Positions 35,585 to 44,621 of a DNA stretch of 64,000 nucleotides are shown piece after piece. Where the stretch lies: contig DATICB010000001.1 of the NCBI GenBank assembly GCA_035457005.1, positions 3,246-67,245 on the forward strand, read 5' to 3'. The notes beneath the pieces are model-generated. The model worked only from the letters and a program-made list of their open reading frames with translations, searched no databases and had not been told where the DNA came from. A program made the position numbers and the translations under genes. Numbering within the stretch: position 1 is the stretch's first letter; each line of letters starts with the position of its first letter. This DNA is from Patescibacteria group bacterium (GTDB taxonomy: Bacteria > Patescibacteriota > Microgenomatia > Levybacterales > UBA12049).

Positions 35585-37072
35585 ATGGTCTTCTATAGAA
35601 AATATCGATCACAAACAATCGCAGAGCTCGACAGCCCCAAATTACGCGAAACTCTCTATGCTGTTTTATCTCAGAAAGAGATCCCTCACGCATTTCTTTT
35701 TACCGGACCAAAAGGTTTGGGCAAGACATCAACCGCTCGCATTATTGCGAAAGTGCTTAATTGTACCGCGACAAAACGCGACGGCATTGAGCCGTGTAAT
35801 ACATGCGACCAGTGTGTGTCGATTACCAATGGGAATAACATTGACGTGTTGGAAATTGATGGTGCATCCAATCGTGGCATTGATGAAATACGCGATTTAC
35901 GGGAAAAAGTTAATTTAGCACCGTCGAGTGCAAAAAAGAAAGTGTACATTATTGACGAAGTTCACATGCTCACAACCGAGGCATTTAATGCGCTGTTAAA
36001 AACAATTGAAGAGCCACCAAGTCATGTTGTTTTTATTTTCGCCACAACAGAGCCGCAAAAAGTGCCAGCAACTATTATTTCTCGCTGTTTTCATGTACGT
36101 TTGGCAAAAGCAACGAAAGAAGAGCTTGTTCATGCGCTCAACCGAATTGTAAAAGGTGAAAAATTGAGTATTGAGCCAGGCGTTTTGGACGCAATTGCGG
36201 AAATGGGTGATGGTGGATATCGTGATGCAACAAAGATTTTGGAAGAATTGGTCGCACTTTCTCAAGGCAAAAAAATAACACAAGAATTATTTGAATCTCT
36301 ATTTAAAACAGCACATATAACATCGTTTGTTCAAAAATTTCTGCAGCATGTTGCAAAAAAAAATGCGAAAGAAGCATTGGCTGTTTTGCAGGCTTTATCG
36401 GACGAAGGGACTGATGTTAAATTATTTTTATATCAAGTGTTGGTTGCGTTACATGAGGAATTTTTGCAGTTGGCAAGTAAGGCTGATTCAGATTCATTCT
36501 TTTCACTGACCGATTTGCAGCTCTTGCTGCCTCTTTTGGAAGATGCGTATCAAGAAACAAAATATGCCGTTATTGCAAGCTTGCCATTAGAATTGGTAGT
36601 TGTGCAGTATTGCTCATCGTCCGTTGTTCCTGGAGACCAAGCGACTCCAGAATCTCAAGAAAAATCTTTAAGCCAGGATGATAATAGTAAAAAGTCAGGT
36701 TTGACTATGCAGGACATGCTTAAAAAAGAGCAAATAATAAAGGTAAATCAGGTGCTGCATCCTGTGAAGCCTGAAGAAAAAAAGAAAGCTGAGAGCACTC
36801 ATGTCCAGGAAAATTTACCAAAAGACGTAAAAGACGCAAGTGTTCTTATGGAAAATCTTATTTATAAAGTAAAACCATACAATCATTCTGTTGCGGGAGT
36901 CTTGCGAGGATGTGCTATTGCATCTAGGACTGATGAATCAATTGTTTTTGCAACCGCATACGCATTTCATAAAGAAAAATTGGAAGAGCAAAAAATTAAA
37001 GAAATTCTCCAGCAAGTTGTTCGCGAGGTAACTGGTAAAAATTTGAAGGTAATGGTAGAATTGAAAAAATAG
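35585..37072 (+). CDS. dnaX: DNA polymerase III subunit gamma/tau
   Basis: YRKYR, GPKGLGKT, EIDGASNRG, IDEVHML, SRC. Confidence 0.96.
   Translation: MVFYRKYRSQTIAELDSPKLRETLYAVLSQKEIPHAFLFTGPKGLGKTSTARIIAKVLNCTATKRDGIEPCNTCDQCVSITNGNNIDVLEIDGASNRGIDEIRDLREKVNLAPSSAKKKVYIIDEVHMLTTEAFNALLKTIEEPPSHVVFIFATTEPQKVPATIISRCFHVRLAKATKEELVHALNRIVKGEKLSIEPGVLDAIAEMGDGGYRDATKILEELVALSQGKKITQELFESLFKTAHITSFVQKFLQHVAKKNAKEALAVLQALSDEGTDVKLFLYQVLVALHEEFLQLASKADSDSFFSLTDLQLLLPLLEDAYQETKYAVIASLPLELVVVQYCSSSVVPGDQATPESQEKSLSQDDNSKKSGLTMQDMLKKEQIIKVNQVLHPVKPEEKKKAESTHVQENLPKDVKDASVLMENLIYKVKPYNHSVAGVLRGCAIASRTDESIVFATAYAFHKEKLEEQKIKEILQQVVREVTGKNLKVMVELKK
36623..36682. repeat. Degenerate palindromic repeat (family D) in the dnaX linker
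   Basis: CTGGAG...GCGACTCCAGAATC...AAGCCAGGATGA; related half copy at 40338-40361. Confidence 0.5.
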
Positions 37073-37089
37073 CAATGCATTTAGTGATT

Positions 37090-37162
37090 GCTACAGTTAG
37101 ATAGTCCTTTGGACATCTAGCGTAGCCCCGTTAGATGCAAAGCTATCTAACGGGGGAGGTGA
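37090..37162 (+). promoter_or_regulatory. Double-hairpin plus SD element, copy 3 (ybaB leader)
   Basis: GCTAC-A-GTTAGAT...ATCTAGC-GTAGC, CCCGTTAGAT...ATCTAACGGG, GGAGGTGA. Confidence 0.7.
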
Positions 37163-37172
37163 ATTACTGATT

Positions 37173-37457
37173 ATGTTTAATCCATTTCAACAATTAGGAG
37201 ATTTAAAGAAAATGCGCGACCAGGCAATGCAAATTCAAAAAGCGCTGCAAGCCGAGCAAATTACTGTAGAAAAATCAGGTGTTACTGTTGTTATGACAGG
37301 AGATCAGAAAGTTGTTTCTATTTCGAGTAACGGAAGATCGGACAATGACATTAAAGATTGTCTAAATGAAGCAATTAAAAAATCTCAAGAAATAGCAGCA
37401 AAAAAATTAGCACAAATGGGTGGCGGTTTGGGTGGGCTTATGGGAGGAGGCAATTAA
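37173..37457 (+). CDS. ybaB: YbaB/EbfC nucleoid-associated protein
   Basis: QAMQIQKAL...VTVVMTGDQ; dnaX-recR synteny. Confidence 0.88.
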   Translation: MFNPFQQLGDLKKMRDQAMQIQKALQAEQITVEKSGVTVVMTGDQKVVSISSNGRSDNDIKDCLNEAIKKSQEIAAKKLAQMGGGLGGLMGGGN

Positions 37458-37463
37458 GCGAAA

Positions 37464-38399
37464 ATGAAGATTTTTTCAGGAAGTGCAAGTCGAGCGTTGA
37501 CAGAGGAAGTAGTGAAAGTCATGAATATTCCACTGTCTTTAATTGATGTGCATGTTTTCCCAGATGGAGAAAGGCGAATCCGCATTCACGACAAAGTGGT
37601 TGGGAAATCAACAGCTGTTATTCAGACAGCATCAACTCCAGTAGACACCAACTACATGGAGCTTTTTTTTATTGTTGATGCACTCAAGCGGTCTGGTGCA
37701 GAATTTGTGACTGCAGTCATTCCATATTTTGGGTATCAGAGACAAGATCACGTTTTTCGCGATGGAGAGGCTGTTTCTTTGGAAGTCGTTATTCACATTT
37801 TAGAAAGTTTAAAAGTAGATAGAATGGTGAGTTTGGACATGCATTCTAGTCGAATTCCTGATTTATTTAGTATTCCTGTTGGGCATTTATCTGCATTACC
37901 TCTTTTTGCCGAAGAAATTAGAAAACATAAATGGAATAATACCGACACTGTTTTAGTATCTCCAGACACAGGAGGCATTGGCAGAATTAAAAAATTATCA
38001 ACACTTCTAGAGGACATGCCGTATGCTGTTTTGGAAAAAGTTAGAGATTTATCATCTGGTGCAATCTCTATTGCAGATATCGAAGAAGGGTCCTTGCGTG
38101 GGAAAAAACGTGCAATTTTGGTTGATGACATGATTTCCTCTGGTGGAACGATTATTATGGGCGCGTCTTTGTTGGCAGCACAGGGAATAGAGGAGATTTA
38201 CGTTTTTGCGACACATCCTGTTTTTTCACATGACGCGCCGGACAGGCTGCAAAATTCTGCAATTAAAAAAGTGTATGTAACCGACACAGTTGCTGTTGCG
38301 CAAGATAAGCAATTTTCTAAATTAGAAGTATTGTCTGTAGGTACGTTGATTGCAAACGAACTCAAACATCCAACCGCATCTAACGATCCATTGTTGTAA
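37464..38399 (+). CDS. prs: Ribose-phosphate pyrophosphokinase
   Basis: FPDGE, PYFGYQRQD, SPDTGG, VDDMISSGGT. Confidence 0.95.
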   Translation: MKIFSGSASRALTEEVVKVMNIPLSLIDVHVFPDGERRIRIHDKVVGKSTAVIQTASTPVDTNYMELFFIVDALKRSGAEFVTAVIPYFGYQRQDHVFRDGEAVSLEVVIHILESLKVDRMVSLDMHSSRIPDLFSIPVGHLSALPLFAEEIRKHKWNNTDTVLVSPDTGGIGRIKKLSTLLEDMPYAVLEKVRDLSSGAISIADIEEGSLRGKKRAILVDDMISSGGTIIMGASLLAAQGIEEIYVFATHPVFSHDAPDRLQNSAIKKVYVTDTVAVAQDKQFSKLEVLSVGTLIANELKHPTASNDPLL

Positions 38400-38405
38400 T
38401 AGCCT

Positions 38406-39077
38406 ATGAAAATTCCACGAGCAGTACAAAATCTTATTGAGTCGTTTGAAAAACTGCCTGGCGTTGGGCCAAAGTCTGCTCAGCGGCTTACGTTTTATTT
38501 ACTGCATGTCCCACAAGGCGAATTGGATACCTTTGCAAAAAGCCTAACAGAGCTAAAAACAGGCACCAAATTGTGCTCTATTTGCATGTCAATTGACGAA
38601 ACAGACCCATGCTCAATTTGCTCGGATGGCCTTCGGGATCACGCAACAATTTGTGTTGTCGAGCAGCCTTTGGATGTCTTGGCTTTGGAAAAATCAGGAA
38701 CCTATAAAGGAATCTATCACGTGCTACACGGGAGAATTGATCCACTCAATAATTTGGGGCCAGATGAGATTTATGTGGGGAAGTTATTCGACAGGATAAA
38801 AAATTCTTCTTCGAGCAAGCCTAGCGAATCGAGAAGTCTTGAGGAAAGTTCTCGACTTCGCTCGAACGAGAACACTCATATTAAAGAAATAATTCTAGCT
38901 ACCAATCCTACCATGGAAGGCGAGGCAACAGCAATGTATATTACCAAACAATTAAAAGCATTAGGTTTTGCTGGTGCTATAACAAGAATTGGAAGAGGTT
39001 TGCCGGTTGGTGCGGATTTGGAATATGCAGACGAAATTACTTTGCAGCGCGCTATGGAAGGCAGAAGCGAAGTATAA
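38406..39077 (+). CDS. recR: Recombination protein RecR with in-frame repeat insertion
   Basis: LPGVGPKSAQR, C4 zinc finger, YHVLHG, EGEATA, LEYADE. Confidence 0.96.
   Translation: MKIPRAVQNLIESFEKLPGVGPKSAQRLTFYLLHVPQGELDTFAKSLTELKTGTKLCSICMSIDETDPCSICSDGLRDHATICVVEQPLDVLALEKSGTYKGIYHVLHGRIDPLNNLGPDEIYVGKLFDRIKNSSSSKPSESRSLEESSRLRSNENTHIKEIILATNPTMEGEATAMYITKQLKALGFAGAITRIGRGLPVGADLEYADEITLQRAMEGRSEV
38804..38872. repeat. Family C palindrome inside recR
   Basis: TTCGAGC...TCGAGAA...TTCTCGA...GCTCGAA, encoding SSSSKPSESRSLEESSRLRSNE. Confidence 0.88.
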
Positions 39078-39192
39078 CTGCTCAAAATTTTCCTCCGTAA
39101 AAAGCATAATGCTAATTTTCAGATTAACTTGATCTACTTTGGAGTATTTTGTTCTATTGATAGAAAAACAATTTTTTCGTAACATGCTTGTT

Positions 39193-39525
39193 ATGAGTCT
39201 ATTTGGTGGACAACAAGATCCAAATGCAAAAAGAAGAGCACAGCGAAGAGCTGGAGTAAAAGCTGCTTTAGAAGCAGAGCGCTCGCGAGTAAGAGCAGCT
39301 GATGAATTAGCAACGCAGCATGCTGATGAAGCACAAAGAAATCTTTGGGCAGGTCTTATGCTGGAAGGTGTACGTGCTGGCATACCAGTAGGAAGACAGC
39401 AACAAGAAGAAATTACAGCAGCAGAAAGAAGAGGTGCGGAAGGGACATTGGGTGCAATGGAAAGAATGAGAGTTGGTAGTAATGGTAACGGGCAAAATGG
39501 ACAAAATGGACATCACGAGCGTTAA
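39193..39525 (+). CDS. Orphan helical protein with GN-repeat tail
   Basis: 110 aa, followed by a terminator. Confidence 0.6.
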   Translation: MSLFGGQQDPNAKRRAQRRAGVKAALEAERSRVRAADELATQHADEAQRNLWAGLMLEGVRAGIPVGRQQQEEITAAERRGAEGTLGAMERMRVGSNGNGQNGQNGHHER

Positions 39526-39551
39526 TTGTACAATGGTGTATTTTTTCAATT

Positions 39552-39571
39552 CTCCCGTAAGGGAGTTTTTT
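39552..39571 (+). terminator. Intrinsic terminator
   Basis: CTCCC-GTAA-GGGAG plus T-run. Confidence 0.75.
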
Positions 39572-39750
39572 ATTGGTTTTACTCTTTTGGGTAAAAGACA
39601 TATTACCGGTCTAACATATTTTATTCTTTATTTTATAGAGATGTTCTTTTGTATGGAAAAACGGAAAATTTACTAGGCCGAAATAACTTCTTTATAGGAC
39701 TATTTTAAGTATTGACAAAATAGGTAAGATAGATTAAAATGTGTTTTACT

Positions 39751-40224
39751 ATGAGCGAAACATTTGGTCAAAATGGAAGATCCTCAGTAAGAGTTGTTGC
39801 ATCCGGACTACCACGTCAGAGTCATGATATAGTGGTTACGCCTTCAACAATAGGAATTTCAGAAGAAACTGCAGAAGTATTACGACAACAGGGCGAACAA
39901 AGATTAGCCGATCGATTAGCAGAGCAGAGGAGACAAGAAGAAGTAGAGAGGCAGCATGCAGAAGAAATAAAAGGACTACAAGCACAGGTAGCAGATCTTC
40001 AGAGATGGCCAGATGCGCATGCACTAGCACGACAAATGGAAGCAAACAGCGGCGCGCGTCAAACTGATCCAACTGATTCTATTTCCACCTGGCATTTAGA
40101 ACACGATAAAGGTCTAGAGACTGCAAGAGAGCATGGTCTGAGAAGAGTACCCAGTGCTGATGCAACAAAAGGCAATGGAAATGGAGATGGTAATGGGAGA
40201 AGAAGATGGTTGAGAAGAAAATAA
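39751..40224 (+). CDS. Orphan helical protein with GN-repeat tail
   Basis: 157 aa, followed by a terminator. Confidence 0.65.
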   Translation: MSETFGQNGRSSVRVVASGLPRQSHDIVVTPSTIGISEETAEVLRQQGEQRLADRLAEQRRQEEVERQHAEEIKGLQAQVADLQRWPDAHALARQMEANSGARQTDPTDSISTWHLEHDKGLETAREHGLRRVPSADATKGNGNGDGNGRRRWLRRK

Positions 40225-40250
40225 AACATAAATTGTTGAGATCGATAATG

Positions 40251-40271
40251 CTCCCAATAGGGAGTTTTTTT
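40251..40271 (+). terminator. Intrinsic terminator
   Basis: CTCCC-AATA-GGGAG plus T-run. Confidence 0.75.
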
Positions 40272-40377
40272 ATGGCTCTGCAAAGCAGAATATTAGAACA
40301 CGCTTTGGTAAAAGATAATTCTTAATATGTTTCGCATGATTCTGGACAAGGCAGAATGACAAAGGTACAATACTTCA

Positions 40378-41055
40378 ATGAGAATCGGTGTGTTTGGCGG
40401 CAGATTTGATCCAATTCACAATGGTCACTTGGCTGTTGCGAAAGAAGTTTTGAAAATGGGTAAAGCAGACGAAGTGTGGTTAAGTATAGAAAATCAGCAC
40501 CAGTGGCGGCCAATTATTGCAGCAGCTAATGATAGAAAAAAAATGGCAGAATTGGCAATAGATTCAATTACAGATGTCATCCTGAGCAATGCGAAGGATA
40601 TATATTCTTCGGCTATGTCTCAGAATGACAAAAATAAGATTGCCGTGTCGCCTGAGGCTCCTCGCAATGACATCCAAAATAATTTTAAAGTAGATATGAC
40701 GCCGGTTGAGCTGGGTGGGACAACAGAAACAATACAAGTCGTTAGGCAGTTGCGAAAAAAATATCCAGAGCATGAATTTATTTTCATTGTTGGGTCGGAT
40801 CAATTGCCAACATTTCATAAATGGTCACACTGGGAAGATTTAAAAAAAGAAGTGCAATTTTTAATTGTTACCAGAAAGGGCTCGCCTTTGGATAATATTC
40901 CTAAAAATGCTTCTGTTATTACCGATCCAACATACGAACCACTCGATGACAGCGCGACGCGAATACGGGAATTTCTGCATGTTGGTACATCTATCTCTGG
41001 CCTTGTCCCAAAAGCAGTGGAGGAGTATATTAAAGAGCACAAGCTGTACCAGTGA
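40378..41055 (+). CDS. nadD: Nicotinate-nucleotide adenylyltransferase with in-frame repeat insertion
   Basis: FGGRFDPIHNGH, FIVGSD, SATRIR, YIKEHKLY. Confidence 0.93.
   Translation: MRIGVFGGRFDPIHNGHLAVAKEVLKMGKADEVWLSIENQHQWRPIIAAANDRKKMAELAIDSITDVILSNAKDIYSSAMSQNDKNKIAVSPEAPRNDIQNNFKVDMTPVELGGTTETIQVVRQLRKKYPEHEFIFIVGSDQLPTFHKWSHWEDLKKEVQFLIVTRKGSPLDNIPKNASVITDPTYEPLDDSATRIREFLHVGTSISGLVPKAVEEYIKEHKLYQ
40575..40672. repeat. Full family B plus half family A inside nadD
   Basis: TGTCATCCTGAG...CTCAGAATGACA then GATTGCC...CTCGCAATGACA. Confidence 0.9.
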
Positions 41056-41173
41056 AATTAACCTAATTCACCTAATTAACCTAATTTCTAAATAAGCACC
41101 AATAAATCAAATTTTAGAAATTGGAACTCAGGAATTATTTAGGTCAATTAGAAATTAGAATAATTAGAAATTT
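41056..41173. repeat. Inverted short-unit array between nadD and nadE
   Basis: ACCTAATT units then TTAGAAA units, as at 23967. Confidence 0.75.
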
Positions 41174-41179
41174 TAGGAT

Positions 41180-42007
41180 ATGTTTGACTTAGATTACACA
41201 AAAAAAGCACAAGAAATTCAGGATTGGATTGCCACAACAGTGCGTAGTGCAGGATTTGAAAAAGTTATTTTGGCAGTGTCTGGTGGTGTGGACAGCGCTG
41301 TATCGCTTAGTCTAGCAGTAAAGGCATTGGGAAAAGAAAATGTGTACGCAGTACTTTTGCCATATGGAACATTAAGTTCGGCTTCACTTGAACATGGAAA
41401 ATTGGTTGTTGAGTCTGCTGGTCTTCCAAAAGATCATGTGTTTGTCCGCGATATCCAATCAGGAGTTGATAAGCTATGGTCTGTCATTGCGAACGAAGCG
41501 AAGCAATCTGATACAAATGACGAGATTGCCGCGTCGCAAGCTCCTCGCAATGACACTTCAATTCGCCGAGGCAATATGATGGCAAGAGTGCGCATGATAT
41601 ATTTATTTGATTTGGCAAAAAGCTTGGGGGCGTTAGTTGTTGGAACAGAAAATAAAAGTGAGCATTATTTGGGCTATTTTACGCGTTTTGGAGACGAAGC
41701 ATCGGACATAGAACCAATTCGATCGTTATACAAAACACAAGTGTGGGAAATGGCAAAAAGCTTGGGAGTTCCGAAAGAAATTATCGAGAAAAAACCTTCT
41801 GCAGGGCTTTGGGAAAATCAATCAGATGAAGGAGAATTTGGTTTTTCTTATACAGATGCAGACAAAGTGTTGTATTTTTCTTTTGAAGAAAAAAAATCTC
41901 AAGAAGAAATAATTGCCTTAGGGTTTGATAAAAAATTAGTAGAAAATGTCTTGGGCTTTGCTCGCAAAAATGATTTTAAACACCACGTTCCATACATTTT
42001 TGAATAA
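41180..42007 (+). CDS. nadE: NH3-dependent NAD+ synthetase with in-frame repeat insertion
   Basis: SGGVDS, GNMMARVRM, GYFTRFGD, PSAGLW..QSDE. Confidence 0.95.
   Translation: MFDLDYTKKAQEIQDWIATTVRSAGFEKVILAVSGGVDSAVSLSLAVKALGKENVYAVLLPYGTLSSASLEHGKLVVESAGLPKDHVFVRDIQSGVDKLWSVIANEAKQSDTNDEIAASQAPRNDTSIRRGNMMARVRMIYLFDLAKSLGALVVGTENKSEHYLGYFTRFGDEASDIEPIRSLYKTQVWEMAKSLGVPKEIIEKKPSAGLWENQSDEGEFGFSYTDADKVLYFSFEEKKSQEEIIALGFDKKLVENVLGFARKNDFKHHVPYIFE
41482..41555. repeat. Family A palindrome inside nadE
   Basis: Encodes VIANEAKQSDTNDEIAASQAPRND. Confidence 0.92.
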
Positions 42008-42132
42008 TGTCATTGCGAGGAGCGTAGTGACGAGGCAATCTTATAAAATACTTTTGTATATATCTTCAAACAAAATAATTTCTAGAGAACACAAATTCAG
42101 TATAAGATTGCCACGCTTCGCTCGCAATGACA
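42008..42132. repeat. Family A palindrome with long AT-rich spacer, intergenic
   Basis: TGTCATTGCGAG...GGCAATCTTATA / TATAAGATTGCC...CTCGCAATGACA. Confidence 0.9.
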
Positions 42133-42193
42133 ACATAATTTTAGGCAATCCATTGCAATGACAGAGTAGTTTTTTTGTGCTAGACTGGGAAGC

Positions 42194-42784
42194 ATGAGTG
42201 ATGGAGCTTCTGGAAATGCATTTGGCGATGCGTTGGAGTCAATGGCTACCAACACCAAAAAAGCAATTGGTGGAACATTAGCCGATTTTACTAAGTCTGC
42301 AACAAATCAGGTAAAAGGAAATAGTAGTGTTTCAGGAAGCTTTACTCCAGGTGCATCGCAGCAGTCACAAAATCCTGCACCAGAGGCAGGCAAGCAAGCT
42401 TTGCAAGGCGGAGATTTATTTAGTCCAGACATGATGCCCAAACCCCAAATCTCAAATTCCAAATCACAAGGATCTATTCCTCAACCTCTGACGGTAGCTG
42501 GACAACAATTAGCACAAAACCCTGATGCAAAATCGCCGGAAGAGGCAAAACATATTCAAGAGATAGAAGCAGAACTCCGAAGTATGCATCAAGCATACTA
42601 TCAGGATTTTGCAGCAAAAGCAGAAGGACGGGATAGGAAAACCCAAATAGAAGTGCAAGAAAAAGCTCAAGACGATAGAGCACAACAAATGGAAGACTTG
42701 CAGAAAAAAGAAGAGAAAAAACAAGAAGATAGGTCTGTTTTTCAAGCAAAACGCGCAGCAGAAATTAAGGGAGGAATGGGATAA
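42194..42784 (+). CDS. Hypothetical Gln-rich protein
   Basis: 196-aa ORF. Confidence 0.7.
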   Translation: MSDGASGNAFGDALESMATNTKKAIGGTLADFTKSATNQVKGNSSVSGSFTPGASQQSQNPAPEAGKQALQGGDLFSPDMMPKPQISNSKSQGSIPQPLTVAGQQLAQNPDAKSPEEAKHIQEIEAELRSMHQAYYQDFAAKAEGRDRKTQIEVQEKAQDDRAQQMEDLQKKEEKKQEDRSVFQAKRAAEIKGGMG

Positions 42785-42789
42785 TCCTT

Positions 42790-42892
42790 ATCATTCCTGA
42801 CCTGATCAGGCGCCGCTACAGAGTAGCTAGTACTCTGAGGGGTAAGTCTATATAAATAAGGAACTAGATCCCGCATCAAGTGCGGGATGACA
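42790..42892. repeat. Palindromic repeat family E (TCATTCCTGACCTGATCAGG...GATCCCGCATCAAGTGCGGGATGACA)
   Basis: Terminal TCAT/ATGAC like families A and B; internal hairpins. Confidence 0.7.
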
Positions 42893-42901
42893 TGCTATAT
42901 T

Positions 42902-44287
42902 ATGAAAATTTATAATACACTGAGCCGTTCAATCGAAGAATTTATTCCACAAAATCCACCGCAGGTGAGTATGTATTCCTGCGGACCAACAGTCTATGAC
43001 TATCAGCATATTGGTCACATGAGACGATATGTTGGTGACGATGTCCTGATTCGTGTTTTGCAATCCAATGGTTATACAGTGCATCATGTGATGAATATTA
43101 CAGATGTTGGACACTTGGTAAGTGACTCTGACACCGGCGAGGACAAAATGGAGAAGGGTTCGAAGAAATTTGGGAAATCAGTGTGGGAAGTGGCAAAAAT
43201 GTTTGAAAATCAATTTAAAGATTCTTGCCGTTTACTTAATATTGTTTTACCTCATGGAGACAATTTGATGCATGCAACAGATTATATTAAAGAGCAAATC
43301 GAATTAGTAGAAACTCTGGAAGAAAAAGGCTACACATACAAATTAGAGGATGGAATTTATTTTGATACCTCTAAATTTCCAGATTATTTTAAGCTGTCCC
43401 GTCAAAACCCGGAGGAATTAAAAAAAGGAGCACGGGTGGAATTTATTGAAGGAAAGAAGAATGCAGCGGATTTTGCATTGTGGAAATTTTCTCCAAAAGG
43501 AGAAAAACGGCAAATGGAATGGGATAGTCCATGGGGAATTGGCTTTCCTGGATGGCACATAGAATGTAGCGCAATGTCTATGAAAGCACTGGGTCGGACA
43601 CTAGATATTCATACAGGTGGCATTGATCACATTGCGATTCATCACACGAATGAAATTGCACAGAGTGAGTGTGCGACAGGTGTTCAGTTTGTACGTTATT
43701 GGGTGCACCATAATTTTTTGGTTGTAAATGGAACAAAAATGAGCAAATCATTGGGGAATTTTTATACGGTTGAAGACGTAAAAGCAAAAGGATACGACCC
43801 ATTAAGTCTTCGCTACTTATATTTGCAAACCCATTATCGACAGGAAATGAATTTTACGTGGGAAGCACTGGAAGGAGCACAAAAAGCATATAAAAAATTA
43901 GTTGAAGAAATTGCTTCTTGGGATGCGCCTGCAGTTGGCTGTGCAGAATACGAAGAAAGATTCATGACGGCAGTCAATGATGACATGAATATGTCAAAAG
44001 CGCTGAGTATTGTGTGGGAATTGGTAAAATCCGACTATCCAACATCGGCAAAAGCAGAAAGCATGAAGCGTTTTGATGAAATTTTAGGTTTACAACTATT
44101 CGAGAAGGCAAAAGAGAAAGAAAAGGCAGTGGAAGTTCCTGAAGAAGTACAAAAATTACTTGCCGAAAGAGAAACATTTCGAAAATCAGAAGACTGGGTA
44201 GCATCGGATGAGTTACGCAAAAAAATAGAAAGTTTGGGTTTTGCTGTTGCAGATAGCAAAGAGGGTTCAAAAGTTGTAAGAAAATAA
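42902..44287 (+). CDS. cysS: Cysteine--tRNA ligase
   Basis: CGPTVY, HIGH, PGWHIECSAM, KMSKS. Confidence 0.97.
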   Translation: MKIYNTLSRSIEEFIPQNPPQVSMYSCGPTVYDYQHIGHMRRYVGDDVLIRVLQSNGYTVHHVMNITDVGHLVSDSDTGEDKMEKGSKKFGKSVWEVAKMFENQFKDSCRLLNIVLPHGDNLMHATDYIKEQIELVETLEEKGYTYKLEDGIYFDTSKFPDYFKLSRQNPEELKKGARVEFIEGKKNAADFALWKFSPKGEKRQMEWDSPWGIGFPGWHIECSAMSMKALGRTLDIHTGGIDHIAIHHTNEIAQSECATGVQFVRYWVHHNFLVVNGTKMSKSLGNFYTVEDVKAKGYDPLSLRYLYLQTHYRQEMNFTWEALEGAQKAYKKLVEEIASWDAPAVGCAEYEERFMTAVNDDMNMSKALSIVWELVKSDYPTSAKAESMKRFDEILGLQLFEKAKEKEKAVEVPEEVQKLLAERETFRKSEDWVASDELRKKIESLGFAVADSKEGSKVVRK

Positions 44288-44381
44288 TTGTATTTTGTCT
44301 GATTTTCGTCAAGTACTATCCAAATATATTCTCCATACTACTTTTATTCGGTTTGTTTTTCTTTAAAAGAAAGGAGGTACT

Positions 44382-44567
44382 ATGATTGGGGAGACCGATG
44401 AAGAAATTGTGGCAAGAACACCTACAGTAAGTTTTGTCACCAGACTTTTGCAAAGAAGGTTGCAAAAAATGGAAGCGGGAAAAATTGTGGAGAATGGATC
44501 AGGCTCAGATGGTTCTGTAAAAGCAGCAGGAAGTCAAGACAGGCCGGGAAAAAGAAGACAAGCATAA
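44382..44567 (+). CDS. Orphan small protein
   Basis: AGGAGGT SD before the ATG. Confidence 0.6.
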   Translation: MIGETDEEIVARTPTVSFVTRLLQRRLQKMEAGKIVENGSGSDGSVKAAGSQDRPGKRRQA

Positions 44568-44621
44568 GCCAGATGGTCTCAGTGATTTCACATTCTTATT
44601 TATTTCTGCAATAATGAGAAG

